Assembly: GCF_003918875.1 (NCBI RefSeq)
Contig: NW_025767192.1
Span: forward strand, 248,001-312,000
DNA from: Haliotis rubra
Taxonomy: Eukaryota
Direction: 5' to 3'
DNA length: 64,000 nt
Shown one piece after another: positions 26,648 to 40,400 of this stretch (position 1 is the stretch's first letter; each line of letters opens with the position of its first letter). The translations under genes were made by a program, and so were the position numbers. The notes below the pieces were generated by a model. That model saw nothing but the letters and a program-made list of their open reading frames with translations, did not search any database and had not been told where the DNA came from.

Positions 26648-29419
26648 TGGTCATTATGGGATAATGGAGAAATATAGTATTTCTTTTCACCATGTGTTCG
26701 AATCCCTCATTTCATGAACCGATATATATCCGGACTGTGAGATATATTCAAGGAAACTGAACATGTACAACCAGAGCCACTTTGTTAACCTGATACCCTC
26801 ATTAAACTGGCACCAAACCCTCCATGGAACACAAATGACTTGAAAATGAACCGTTTCTTTATTTTGGGCGTTAAACGAAATAAATGGAGAGAAATCCGAA
26901 GACTTTCATTTTCGTATTTTGTTCTTTTCCAATCGTTATTGGATTCGATCAATCGGCACTCTCAGTCTCGACATTGCATCAATACAGCCGTTAACACCAC
27001 AAAATGGAGAGAATTTTCAGAGTATCAGATCAAAATAAGGACGTTACATCCGTGACATCCCGAAGTGTTACAATATAGAATATCAGTAAGAACGTGCCTA
27101 TACAACAAACATCCCCCAACACCTATCTATAAGACAACAAACTTGACTTGCAAAAACATTCACACAAAAAATAAAATAGTATCAAGGGAATTGTTCAAAA
27201 GCATTTCTGTCATATCAGAGGCACACACGCCTCGTGAGTATTGATATATTCCTGATATGCATTTTGGTCTGGTGCCAAGCACAAAGCACCAGTTCCAGCA
27301 CCGTGTGATATGTGTGTTATCATAAGCATCTTCAAAGCCTCACCACAGGCACCACAGTGTCAGAACAAGGTAGGTCTTGTAACAAAAACAAGTATATCTG
27401 CAACATGTTATATGTCAAGCTCTAACCAGGAGCCAGGGTATGGTACATTAATGCACTGAGTTTGTTCTGGCGCTGACGTGGAGCGTTGGGAAATCAACCG
27501 TTGAATGAGGAGGATGCAGTGTGTTCGTGGTCTTGGTTGAATGGATCCTTATCTTCATCACAGAGCATCCTCCGGTTATGGTTTTGGAAACAGGCTCTGA
27601 TGTTAATTATATTTTGTCTTTCATTATTGCTACCTTGTCTGGGTTAATCAAGAAATAACAACATCACGCACAAGGTAATACAGGAGTGAGATCTTGTCTG
27701 ATCCGACACCTTTATCTTGAATAACACTGGAAAAATGAAAGAACCAAAGGATCGTGGACATATGTATTTGTTCTTCAGTTCTTAAAGCTGTTGTTTCTTT
27801 GGAATATCGCATTCCACCTCAGAGAAAGGTCACTTAGTCTACGGTTCTCCGTACACAATTGCAAGAATCGTCCCAATTTAGGTCATTGGATTATCAGCAT
27901 CATGCATAATCATGTTCACTGGTTTCATATAACTTAATACGTTACACACCGGATAAAATAATTTGCAGTTATTGAAACATAATACGTATTACCTTCCTTT
28001 ATGCAAGCACGATGCCAATGTTGTAGCTATGAAAATGTTGTCATGTGTTGATCATTAACGTGGGAAAATGTTCATGTCAGATCAGCATGATACTCTATGC
28101 ATATTCCTGTTCAGTAATTGGAAGTGAATCAGTCATGTGGTGATAAGCAGAATGCCATATTCCTAGGGTGAGTAAGTGAGTATTTACGTCGCCTTTAGCA
28201 ATATTCCCCCACGATCGCGTCAAGTTAGCCTAAAGTACAGTAATCCTTTAAAGAGGCAAGTCTAGATAAGTGGAAAGACGCTTGTCTCTTAGGGGGTTAT
28301 TTGTATGTATATTTTTAAATTATCATTTAAACTATTAATTATTACCTTAGAGACTTGTACAATTCTAACCTCAAGGGTACGCCAAAATTAACATTACATA
28401 TTGCACTCTTGGAGCGTTTTTGGTGATCTTAGAAACAGATGCCTACAACTAGTACACAATGGAAGTGCAAGAAACAAAATGTGGTCCAAGATATTTACTG
28501 GACGTTAATGTTATAATTTCATGGCTTGCACAATTCCATTGTAACAATCAGCAAAGGTTTTATTTCTCACTTATGTAAAATAAGTGCTTGAACACTGCTG
28601 AAAGTGAAGGGCTCCTTTTATCAGAGGTTTTATCATTATCAATTTCGTGATGTCTGCATTTTACTGGACTATGGATTGATATGGTAACACCAAGCTTAAA
28701 AACGTAGCATGCCATATAGACAACAATCTAATCTCGAATTTAGTGGTAAATTAACATTCCATACCTGGAAAAAACAACTTCTAAATAATGCCACTCAAAG
28801 AATTTAATGTATATTGGTTATTTGAATTGAGACTCATTACATCACGACATCTGACGAACCAACATCTCCTCTCCAACCACCGTCGGCCTGAGTTGAAACA
28901 ACATGTCGCCACGATATCTTCCACTTTCGTGTTTTGATGTCTGAAGATTTGGCTATACGACATTGGCCCCATTCTTTCACACTAACAGGCTCTTAAACGT
29001 TTTAACCAGATAACCAGAGCACCATAAATACACTGGAAGTGTCGTGAAGCTGAAAGCCAGACAGGAGTTTAATGCCCAACATCCACAGAAAGCGCATAAG
29101 CCCATACAACAGTGCGATTCATCTACATTTGATGACTAAAACTTAAGATACACAATTTGAAATGGAGAACCTGAAATACACGGGAAAACAATTCAGAGGG
29201 ACATCACAATAACCGTAAGGGCACTAAAACATACTTTAGAAGAGAGGGAAAACATGAAAGGAAAAATATGCAAACGGTTTCAAAACTTTATCAAGAAAAA
29301 ACATGCTTGTGTTAAATAGTTTGTAAAAATAAATAATAATGTGTCTACTTATATTGCACTAGACTCTTTAGACAAGGTGCATGGTCAAACCGCTGGAGTA
29401 TAGTATTGGAGTGTAGTGG

Positions 29420-29767
29420 TGAGGTGAGGTGAAATTGGGTTTAACGTCGTGCTTGAGAATATTTCGCTCATATGACGCAAGTGTGTATGTGTATGTGCGG
29501 CTGCTTGTACTAGCCCAGACTGAAGCTGGTTTTATAGTGCTAGCCCACTGAGATACCATGCCGCAGTGAAGCATGAATACCCCACTCAGACACATTATAC
29601 TGACTCCGAGCCTACCAGTCCTTGTTGTACCCATTAATGCCAAGCGCCAGGCAGGGACCAACAAGTTCCATATTTTAACGTCTTTTGGTATGACGCGCTC
29701 GGGGATCGAACCTGCGACCTTCCGCTCTCCGGGCGGACGCTCTAACCACTACACCACGGAGGCGGTC
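29420..29767 (-). mobile_element. SINE family C
   Basis: About 95% identical to 26299-26647; TSD GGAGT(G/A)TAGTGG. Confidence 0.9.
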
Positions 29768-29934
29768 GGAGTATAGTGGAGTATACAAGATGACTGAGTG
29801 CAACAAGTCACACTTTATGTTGATAACATATAATACCTATGAAGGCCGAACGTTGAAATGAAAACTGGCACACAGACAATTAAACACGACACATTTTCGA
29901 ATATCTGCCCCCACCCACCACCCCAGAAAAAAAA

Positions 29935-29998
29935 TAGTATAAAAAATAAATAAAATAAATAAATAATTAATTAATTAATAAATTAATTAAAATAAATA
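29935..29998. repeat. AT-rich (AAAT/TAAT)n low-complexity tract
   Basis: Direct reading. Confidence 0.8.
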
Positions 29999-31504
29999 CT
30001 GTAGCAAGTCTAGATTACTTCGACTTCGTAACAAGAAGATCCTGTGTGGGCCTCCACTCAGAAATCAACAGGAAACATATTTCAAATTTCAAATATTTAC
30101 TGATTAGAGACTAAATACTAGTCTAGTGGGACTGAAATCAATTAAGAACAGGAGTATTACCTGGAACATTAGTTCAATGTCAGCAAGATAGCATTCTTTA
30201 AGCATTGCTGCCGAATCTGTTGTATATCAAATGAACTAAATGCTCCAGAATCATGGGAAATAACTAACACATGTTTCTTATTATGAGACTCCATGGTCCA
30301 CCTTCGACTGAATGCTAGTGCAACAAAAGGTTAAAATAACGCCCACGTTTAGCCACTCGTTTTTTGACTGAAAGGTCGCAAGTGAAAGTTAGACTATCTT
30401 AAAATAACACATGTGGGCGTGTGTGCGATTACATCTGTCCTTGATTAAATGAGGCTGACTACAGTACACCTCTTACAACATACGATATTTTTTCACAGAA
30501 CAGCTAGGACATGTACTTCCTGTGGCATGCGTTAATCGATGTGTTTTAAGATAAAGGAGTTATTGACGTAACGAAGACGAGCTTCACGAAACACGGGTAT
30601 TAAAACCAACCATATGTCCTGAGTAATCACGACTAACAGAAATATCGTTTAGAAATGCTTCTACAGAAAAAGAAAAATGAAACGGAGCCTAGACCAAGGA
30701 TTAATTTATCCCTATGCCAAGGCAATCTTGACTTGCAAACGCATTATAGGCATAGTTTTGAACTTTTCATTAATGTATTCGCTAGATCCTGGAAGGACGA
30801 AAGCCTGGATAACGGTGGGTGACTGTAACAGGCTCATTGTAACGTTCATTTGGGTTCATGATATATCTATCAGTTGATGCATATGAAAAACGGAGTGTTC
30901 GGTAGTTGAACTGTTTAATAAATCAAGTTCTTTCCTGAACGTATATCGCGCAGGTACTTGTAGCTTGACACTTAAAGGTTGCCCAATCGTCGAAGGCACA
31001 GCAATTTGTTATGTAGAGTTTGCGGCCCTTAGGTGAACCAGATTGCACTGATGCTATGTTCGAACCCTAGATTCAGACTGATTACGAATGTTACATCCTG
31101 ATTAAAGGTGAGGTGGCAAAATTACTGTACGTACATTGCCATGGTCATGCTCGTATGGCTACGTGTGCTTGTGCTTGTCACGACTTTGCTGGCGTTGCGA
31201 TGTTAACCGTTCTGAAGTGTGACATTGATAACAAACCCAGACTCAGCATACTGATTGTGTTATGGGAGTGTGTTTTTTGTAATTTGTAATTGTAATATCA
31301 CATTGATTAGGCGATAGTTTTTATGGGTCACAATGTTTTAAGTTTTGAGTGTAGGTTGTGGCTCGCATCTCGCATTATATGTGTTCAATGGCAACAGTAT
31401 TTTTAGCGGTACGCATTGATAGCACTTCAGAGTTGCCTCCCTTGGCTGCTTTATTTTGTTATGACTTCAGGGTCTTGTCACGTCTTGTGTTTACGATGGC
31501 TTTC

Positions 31505-34500
31505 CAGGGCTCGCAAATTCCACTCGTCCGCTCGTATTGACGAGTAAAATTTGTTTCGGGCAAGTGAAAAACATAATTTACTGACCCAACTAATTTTCAA
31601 AACAATAAGTTCAAGTTTTAACATATCGTCATTCGCGAGTAGCAGTATTTTCAAATTTCCCCAAAACTAACCGCAAAGTTTAGGTCTTGATGTGCGTTTG
31701 GTATCCATTTTAACAGACATCATGCAGCGTGGTTTCGTAACCTAAAATGCTTCGATCGGATATCGTGATTGGCTGCTATTAATAAACTGACCAATGAGAA
31801 AAGTCATCACAACATGAATGGTACTGATGTCGAATCAGAATAAGCTCTATAATAGTGAATTCCCTGCGTGTTATTACCGATCGTTTATTGTAGTCAACTT
31901 TCTTTTGGGTGATTATTTGTTTTTATTATTATACATAGGTAATTTCCAGGTTAGATAAAATACTTGATTTAATTTACCACGTACACTAAACTGCAAATTA
32001 GATTAAACAGACAACGAGATGGAAAGCTTAATTCAGTCTAATGTTTTGAAAATTCTGACATTTAGTAAACGCACTTGCCAGGTGTCATTGATATTTTCAA
32101 CGAGGTAATATAGTTCACTAGTTCATGCTTTGTTGGGTTTCCAATATCCATTACATTGATTTGTAATCCGCTGTTTTCTCAAATATTTCAAACCTTAACT
32201 GTACGTGTATCGTCTTGCAAAGCCAAGGGAAGTGACTAGGGATAGTTTTGATGTTGTAAGCGGCCTGTTGCTATTCACGCTGAACTGTCACTGATAACGA
32301 TGTCGGATATTAAGAAGTTTCTTGTTGGCGGGAGTGATGCAGAGAGGAAAAAGGAGAGTATGTCTGCTAAACATAGAAAACAAAGAAAACTTAGTCAAAA
32401 GAAATATGACACTGGAAAACGAGAGCGTTCTGTTCAAACAGCATGGCTGACTGAGTTTGACTGGGTGGAGATGAATGAAGATGATGATGGATGCGAACTG
32501 TTTTGCACTGTGTGTCGCAAATATCCAAAGTTATCGGATCCAAAATCAAATCTTGTAGTGGGATTGAAAGGCAATTTCAGGAAAGAGAGTTTGAGATTTC
32601 ATGATAAAAGCAAAAAACATACTCAATGTTGTGAACATGATAGAATTTTGGAAAAACCTGAAAATGCACAATATGCCATGGTTATGCACAGAGTTGACGA
32701 AAAAATACTGTGGCTTATGAGAAACTTTTCACAACTGCATACTATGTGGCATTGGAAGGAGAGCCATTTTCAAAATGTGAACGATTTTGTCAGCTGCAGT
32801 CTAAAAATGGTATAAATCTTGGTGCCAATTACATCAACGACCTTGCATGAAAAACATTTACAGAAAATATCGCACAGGTTTTGAAAACAGAAGTTGCCAC
32901 AGAGTTGAGAGAAAGTAGGTTCGTCAGTGTTTTGTTAGATGGTTCTACAGATAAAGGAATCATTGAGCAAGAAGTTGTGAATGTGCGATATGTGAGTGCT
33001 GAAGGTGAAGTGAAGACAAAGCTTGCAGATATAGTCAACCTTGAACATGGTCATGCTAGGGTGTGAAAGCAGGAATTCTAGAGGCATTACCTACTGTAGG
33101 TCTGTCAGAAGACAATCTCTCCCAAAAACTTGTGTGCATGAACATTGATGGCGCAGCTGTGAATCTTGGAAAGAAGGGGGAGCTGTGAAGTTGCTCATTG
33201 ACGACCTGAAAGGTAGACCTGGTGCAGAAGACTGTGACAAATATATCACTGGGGTACACTGCATTGCACACAATTTGGAACTGGCAGCGTGTGACACGAA
33301 AAAAGATTGCAAATATCTCAAAAAGTTTGAAGAAGTTTTGAAAGGAATTTTCAAACTCTACTACTATTCACCTAAAAGGAGAAGGGAACTTTATGCAATT
33401 GCTGAGAGTTTGAACTGTGATCTGAAGCATTATTGGGGAGTGAAAGAAGTTAGATGGGTGGCCAGTCAAAGTAGGGCCTTGAAGTCAGTGCATGGGAACT
33501 ATGATGTCACGCTTGTTAACTTGGATGAAATAGCTACTGGGAGGGATGATGCTTCTGCTGGAGCAAGAAACTACTTGGCTGAGATGAAAACGCAACGGCG
33601 GCTCCTAAAGATGTTGCACTTTATGATTGACTTCACAAATCTCGTAAAAGACGTGTCCAATGTATTTCAACTAAAGAAGACCGTCATATCAGAGGTTCAG
33701 AGACGGATAGAATCTCTCAGGCAGAAACTCATGAAGATGACAACAAAGAAAGGCAAGGCATTTCAGGCATTCTTAGAGGATAGCAAAGGTGGGAAGTTCT
33801 AAGGTCACGAAATCAGAGCTCCAAAGCAAAGAGCAGCATCTGCACTACAATCAGAAGATCAGGATGTAGATAAAGAACCTTGACAAGGACATTGACAGCA
33901 TCTTGGACACGACAGCAGTTGTTCTTCAAGAGCGATTTATCAAACATCTTGGTGGGGAACCACACTCTTTGTTTAATGTCTTCGACTTCAACATGTGGCC
34001 AAACTTGGCTACACAACCAGACGAGTTCAGATGTTATGGAGACCTAGAGATTCAGAAGTTAGTTGAAATCTACAGCCCATAACTCACTGAAGAGGAGAAA
34101 AACAATGCTCTTGACGAATGGCTTGACTTGAAGATGTATATGAAAGACCTTAAGGCAGGCCAATGGTGGATGCATATGGGTTTACCAGTATGTCACAGAC
34201 AGCTATGAAGCATATTCTGCCTCTAGTGTCAATCATGTTGACAATTTCACCCAGCACAGCTGACTGTGAGAGGGGCTTCAGTTTAGAACAGGTTGAAGAC
34301 AAACCTCAGAACCAGTATGAGCCAAGATACACTGAGGAATCTGATGAGGATTACCATGGATGGTCCGTCATTGGAAGACTTCCAGCCCCAGAAATATGTT
34401 CTGCATTGGCTGCAAAGCGGAACAAATAGAAGACATATTGCAGGCCACAAATGCACAGGACCAAGAGTTTCACCACACCAGAAATTGTCTAACCCAGAGA

Positions 34501-34901
34501 TAACTGGACCTTCCAGTGCACCACCTGCATCATCAGAATCAGCATCATCTCCAGATCTTGCCATGATGAGTGTCGAGTAGAAGTCCTTGAAGTGTTTACG
34601 TTAGTTTTACCACTGACTCTTAAAGTAACCAGTTTGTTCCAGTCCAGACTAAAAGTAACATTTTTCAGCTTTATTACATGGTTAGCAAATTCAATTTTGT
34701 CAAAGATTTTGTACAGAAGACAAAGTAAGTAATTTTATTGTAGTTTTATTCCAAGCAAACATTTTGAAATAAGGTAATTTACATTTACATTCATTGTGTT
34801 CCATGATCTATAAGGCAAGTACAATTTTAGAAGGACGAGTGGAAAGTTCATATTACTCGCCCTGCAGGGCGAGTGCAGATTTATTAATTTATCGAGCCCT
34901 G
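31505..34901 (+). mobile_element. hAT transposon (hAT5-like), full length
   Basis: TIRs CAGGGCTCGCAAATT and AATTTATCGAGCCCTG; 5-bp TSD CTTTC (31500-31504 and 34902-34906). Confidence 0.9.
32300..34580 (+). pseudogene. Frameshifted hAT transposase (ZNF862-like, TTF-type zinc finger)
   Basis: Zinc finger FCTVCRKY..HDKSKKH, catalytic VLLDGSTD and NIDGAAVN, HCIAHNLELA, RW and STADCERGFS, spread over several frames. Confidence 0.9.
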
Positions 34902-35689
34902 CTTTCGTGAACATCCTGAGTGGATAATGATGCTGCCTAGTTTTGCTAGAATGCTCTAACTGTGTAAGAGCTATATAAAGGCTGGTTGTTGCGTTGTGCG
35001 ACACGGATTTATCACATGACTGTCTGCATCTGCATACATCTGTCTGCCGTCATCAAGCTGATACATACTGTCGGCCATCGTCAAGGTTGCTCAACATCGT
35101 AAAGACTGACCGTGCTTGCCTATATTCAACTGTTGTCATTGCAAACAACCTTCAATCAGTATATCTGTTCTTATCGTGAATGTTAAGACTCTGGTGAATT
35201 AATATTTTATATTTGTGACCCAATATTTTAGATTTGTGACTCAACTGCATTGTACTAGATATCTGTTTTGTCATTCATTGTAGTTTGCTCATTGTTTGCT
35301 CAATATATTATTAAATATTTTAGACTTGTCTGTGTTCTATATTGCTGGTTCAAAAGGGACTTTTAAACCTTTTGTCACGGCAAATTATTAACCGTAACAA
35401 TTGCTAAATGACCGACAGTACTCTATTTTCAACTACTGCCAAGTGCCAGGCGAGGTCACAACAAACATCGACCTAAAGGTCTGTTTGTATGATGCGCCCC
35501 GGGATTGAATCAATGACTTTCCGTTCTAGTAACACTATTCACTTGACCATGGCGGCCCTCTTACCGTTTGTGGGTACCATATCCTTTGTTTGAGCAAGAG
35601 CTACGTCCAAGGATCATCCGCTCATTCAAGTCTCGCGGAAATAATTAATCTTGTGTTTTCGTGTGTCATCAGCCTGATGATTGGAACGT

Positions 35690-35808
35690 CACACAGAAGA
35701 CCCAGGTTCCATTCTCCACATTGGAATAATGTGTGAAGTCCATTTCCACTAAGATATTGCTGGACTATTCCTAAAAGCAGCGTTAAACCATACTCATTCG
35801 CTCGCTCA
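35690..35808 (+). mobile_element. Degenerate SINE family A
   Basis: Decayed B box, AATGTGTGAAG body and tail. Confidence 0.65.
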
Positions 35809-36852
35809 GTGATTTCGCCAAAATAGTGAACATGTACCCTTCTGGTGACCTTCCTCCCACATCAAGCTGACATCTGGTGACATAATCATCACATAATGTT
35901 CAAAGCGAGCCCAATTGCTGTTTTCATAGGAATCAGCGCTGAATGGCTTGTATGTTTTTGGCAAGACGTACTGAAGGAAAACTTCTTCTCAAAATATAAC
36001 GTCGGATTGAAAACACTCTCTGTAATTTGCATGTCCTAGCATAAAGCGTAACAATACTGAAATTGAAAACGTCCACCGGAAGGATCAGAACGAGGCTGCT
36101 GAAGAGGGAAATTGAAATGGTTCTCTCTGATTGGAATTCTTGCTATCAGCGCTATTAAAGTTTCTTTGAAATCTTCCTGGAGTTGGGAATCTTGATTACA
36201 AAATCTTACAGAATGCATTTTTTCATGCATTTCTGAAAATGTTCTTCGTTCGTTGTTTCTTTCAATTGCATGTGATGGAATAAGATCACAAGAGCTGGAA
36301 ACAGCCATGAAAATATTGCTGTCGAGAGCAGTGGAGATCTATCACAATATTTTTCGAAGGCAGCTATTACGTAAAAAACACCCCAATATACCTGATGCGA
36401 CCAACGTGTAGTAACGACGTCAATATATAAAGGACATCGAGACAGCAACATATTACTTAAAGAATACATGGAGCATGTTTTAGTTTTTAGTCTAAATCAC
36501 GCTTCTTTACCGCAAATTCATTAAGGTGCTTCGCTTCACGCAGGTTGCCAAATCTTTTAGCAAGACGAAACGTTATTTAATGCTTATTAATTAAAGAAAT
36601 GATTTTACCTGTGTCAGATGTTTTTGTTTTTTGGAGCTACTTGATTTAAAAATAAAAATGTTAATGTAGGCATGGATTTGAAGCTGCTTTCAACAGTATT
36701 CCAGTTACATTTCGACAGCTAAAGTGGGTGCAGGTCCCAGGCGTTCAGCGTGAAACCTATAGGATTATGGATCGGACAAACCCAGAAATGTAATTGGTGT
36801 GAACAGATATTCGCAATGCTGATAAATTGGACCATAGGTAGGTCATAATAAA

Positions 36853-37070
36853 GTTTGTTTTGTTTTGTTTATTGTTTAACACAGCACTATTCCAGCTACT
36901 TGACGGTGGTCTGTTCTGGACCAGACAATCCAGTGATTGACATCATGAGCTTCGATCTACGCAACTGGGTTACGATGACATGGGTCATGCAAGTCAGCTA
37001 TACTGATCACCTGGCCCCTCTTAAAACAACCATAGATTGTCGATGACCAGTTCTACCAGGATCGTCTCGG
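36853..37070 (-). mobile_element. SINE family B
   Basis: CTGGACCAGACAATCCAGTGAT body. Confidence 0.8.
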
Positions 37071-37790
37071 GTAGAACAAGTTATCACGTATTTGAATAAA
37101 AACAAGGGCTGCCATGAAGAAGTTTGCATCTCACATGTTTGACGTCTTTTTAACTTTGTTTTTCTTAAGTATAGCCATACTTCACTTCTGGCATTTTATT
37201 CAAATTACATGAACTGAGTGAATATAGTGAGTTTTAAAGAATTGTTTAATGTGTAATATGCATGGAGCTTTACAAAATGATCTGATGTGCTAGTAGTTAA
37301 CGGGTACTAAAACGATTTGCGAGTGATGTTTGACACTTCATTATCTGACGGCTTGCTTGGATCCCAATAGATTGGAATGGTAAAATGTTATGAGCTCACG
37401 TATTTCAGTTATCGTAAGTTAGATCTTTTCAAATATTTATCGAGTAAGCAGGCTGAAAACTAGTTCAACTGTAGTGCAACCTAGAACGGTGGTATAAAAG
37501 TAGGAGTTTGATGTGGGTTGTTCTTAAAACCCGAGGACAGATTGTTTATTTCAAGCACCATCGGAAACAGATACTGAAGACATTATACCGTTATCCATTA
37601 AGCGCCCAAGAATACTTGCCACATATCTCAGTGTGAAACCTACTTTCACGAGTATGGTTGTTCAAAGGGTGAATCATGAATTTGGATGGCATATTCTGAA
37701 ACAATGAAAGGAGGCAACTATGAACCGCTAACTTATCTTATATAACCTCCCCGACGGGTTGTGTTGAAGGTCAGAAGGTAGGACGTAGCA

Positions 37791-38030
37791 GTGAGTGAGT
37801 GAGTTTAGTTTTACGCCGCACTCAGCATTATTCCAGCTATATGGCGGAGGTCTGTAAATAATCGAGTCTGGACCAGGCAATCCAGTTATCAACACCATGA
37901 GCATCGATCTGCGAAACTGAGAACAGATGACATGTGTCAACCAAGTCAGCGAGCCTGACCACCAGATCCTGTTAGTCGTCTCTTACGACAAGCATGGGTT
38001 ACTGAAGATCAATATTCTAACCCGGACCTG
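37791..38030 (-). mobile_element. SINE family B (copy-1 specific)
   Basis: Full body; absent at the paralogous site ~55410. Confidence 0.9.
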
Positions 38031-39007
38031 CCTCCGACATGGGTGATATGACGTTGAGCCTAATTGTACATAAACTGATTTCCAGATCCTTCAAGCCATA
38101 TTAACTTCAATATCTTCTCGAGATCCCAGGTGACAGTTACTGTCTCGCAAATCCCATTATCCTACAGACAGGATCTTGCGGCGACTCTAGACTTTAACAG
38201 AGTATAATAACAATTCGCGGTAGTGTCATCATATTGATCAGATTGAATCCAACAACAGTTTCGAATAACAGAACAAGCACAATAGACTTACAGTCCTGTA
38301 AGTACCATGATACGTCATACATGTACGTCTGTGATATTATCAGTAAATGCTTTCTGTAAATATTGTAGTGGAAAAATTAAATCGAGGCGACAAAACAAGC
38401 TACTCTTAAATGTAATTAGTGACTGATATAAAAAGCAACACGGATGAACTTGTCAATCATCTTGGTCACCTGAGCAAATTGGTCGCCTCTTGGACAAGCA
38501 CAGATTGATTGGGTGATGTTGGTCTGTCTGCATCATGCCTGTGAAATTAGCTGAGATCGATGACAGTTTGGTTTTTGTTTGGTTTTTGTTTTGTTTTTTA
38601 AAAATCACTGGTAAACTACTTCAGTCAGACTGTACATTCGTCTCCTGCAAAAACACGTTTTAGTATGTTTTCAGGTAGAGACGAAAAACATGTTCTGTAT
38701 CTTACAAAACTCTCCTTGATGTAGTGCCAGCACGACACAAAACTTAACTCTATTAAACTGGTAAAAATAACAGAAAAGGATAGATCAATTGATACACATG
38801 TACGCTAGTGGGGTTTACCTAAACAGGAAAAAGGTATTCGTTTGGTTCCTTTGTTAAAAAATAACATTTTGTGTCTTGATTGATTGAGTGAGTGAATTGG
38901 CTTTAAGAACATGAACAGTATTCCACTTACATCAAAGCGTGTTGGCTTCCTGTGCATGGAAATCCGAAGTGATGCAGGCGACAGGTGTAAATCTTTGTTG
39001 TGAACTA

Positions 39008-39185
39008 TTGTTGGTTTGTTGTCTAACGCCACACTCAGCAATATTCCAGCTATATGGCGATGGTCTGTAAATATTCGAATCGGGACCACACAATCCAGTG
39101 ATCAAACGTATGAGCATCGATCTAAGTAATTGGAATACGATGACATGTGTCAACCAAATCTGCAAACCCGATCGTTAGTCGCGTA
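39008..39185 (-). mobile_element. SINE family B shared by both Family II copies
   Basis: Paralogous position at 56385-56510 plus 58320-58360. Confidence 0.85.
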
Positions 39186-40284
39186 TTGCGGTGAACACAT
39201 CGAGCATGGTTATGGTTCAGGCAAACCTAAAACCTCAACCGCATATTGAACACGTGATTCAACCCACAATTAAAAGTTTCTTGGGTGCACAAGGAACGCA
39301 ACTCTGAACAGCGAGATGCTGTGCCTTTGACGACTGGCCTGTGCCCCTTTAGGTTTTGAAGCAATGGTAAAAAATGATTCCTGTCTGTCCAACATCCAAA
39401 CCGGTCGGTGCCACACAATAATCATGAGATACATGGGACCTGGCATTTCGCAAAAACTACTTACGATGACCAGATATCTGTCAAGTTGAAATGCTCATTA
39501 TCTCAATTGCCTAATACACAAGATGAGGTCTTTCACCGCAGCCTTCTTCAAAGGACACTGGCTCGATCACCATGCATATAGTTCAGATAGGCTCCCGACC
39601 AGGTCTGTGTACGTACTGATTACCCACAACATATCCCGATCCCAATAGTTCATTTTCATCACGCTCAATCAGTCTGCTTATTTGCATATTCATGAGTTGA
39701 ACGCTTGCTAAACGTGCCTTGTAGGTTTTTCTCTTGTCTTAATCCTCCCGGTCAGAGCTCCGTGATATGGGGCAGCTCCCATGGGCTTGTGGGTTATTGA
39801 ACATCATTGAAACAGGAGATGGTTCACCGGCAGCTGTCACTGAATGAAAGGACCTCCATTACAACAGGATTATTTACCGCACCCGAAGTAGTTGCGTGCC
39901 AAGGCGTTAACTCTCTGTCATAAATTTACTTAGTACCTCACCATGCCCGAAGACTGTCTGCACAGAATTAATCACAGGCTTTCCAAATATACTAGAAACC
40001 AAAAACAGGCTAGTCTGCCAAGTTAAATGGATATATACGCATTGGGACAAAAACGTTAACTGGGATGCTGTAGGTGCAATGACATATGTTTTGTTCGGAT
40101 ATTTAAAAAAGACATATTGAAAGATTGTGTCGAAGATGAACGGACCAACGTAAATACTTCGAGTTATCCCTGGTTCGACACAATAATGAATAATCAGTCT
40201 AAGATTTTACTTGGAGAAAACAGTAAGTTCGACAAGTCCATAAATATTCGACACAACGTTTTTTACTGTATTGATGTTCAGGTG

Positions 40285-40400
40285 TAATAATAATGATAAC
40301 AATAGTGCATATTTATAATGCGCACATATCCACGCTCGTAGGCATGCTCAAGGCGTGGAAGCATTATTACCCCGGATATGGCATTACATACCATTTCTGT
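40285..40400 (-). mobile_element. L2-type 3' tail fragment (truncated SINE or LINE)
   Basis: CGCCTTGAGCATGCCTACGAGCGTGGATATGTGCGCATTATAAAT..(TTA)n on the minus strand. Confidence 0.7.

Larger units (their letters stand above)
31218..35399 (+). mobile_element. Probable solo LTR (~780 bp) split by a hAT element
   Basis: TGTGAC...GTAACA termini, CTATATAAAG at ~34971 and ATTAAA at ~35310. A copy lacking the hAT insertion lies at 1-470. No clean TSD seen. Confidence 0.55.

Noticed and set aside
26347-29776. Near-identical ORF pairs (26347/29368 and 26453/29573) as duplicated genes
   Set aside because: They are readings through two SINE C copies that have TSDs.
39937-39957. Minus-strand micro-exon (TGCAG|ACAGTCTTCGGGCATG|GTGAG) in the conserved island
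   Set aside because: The polypyrimidine tract is weak and no partner exons were found; not supportable without transcript data.
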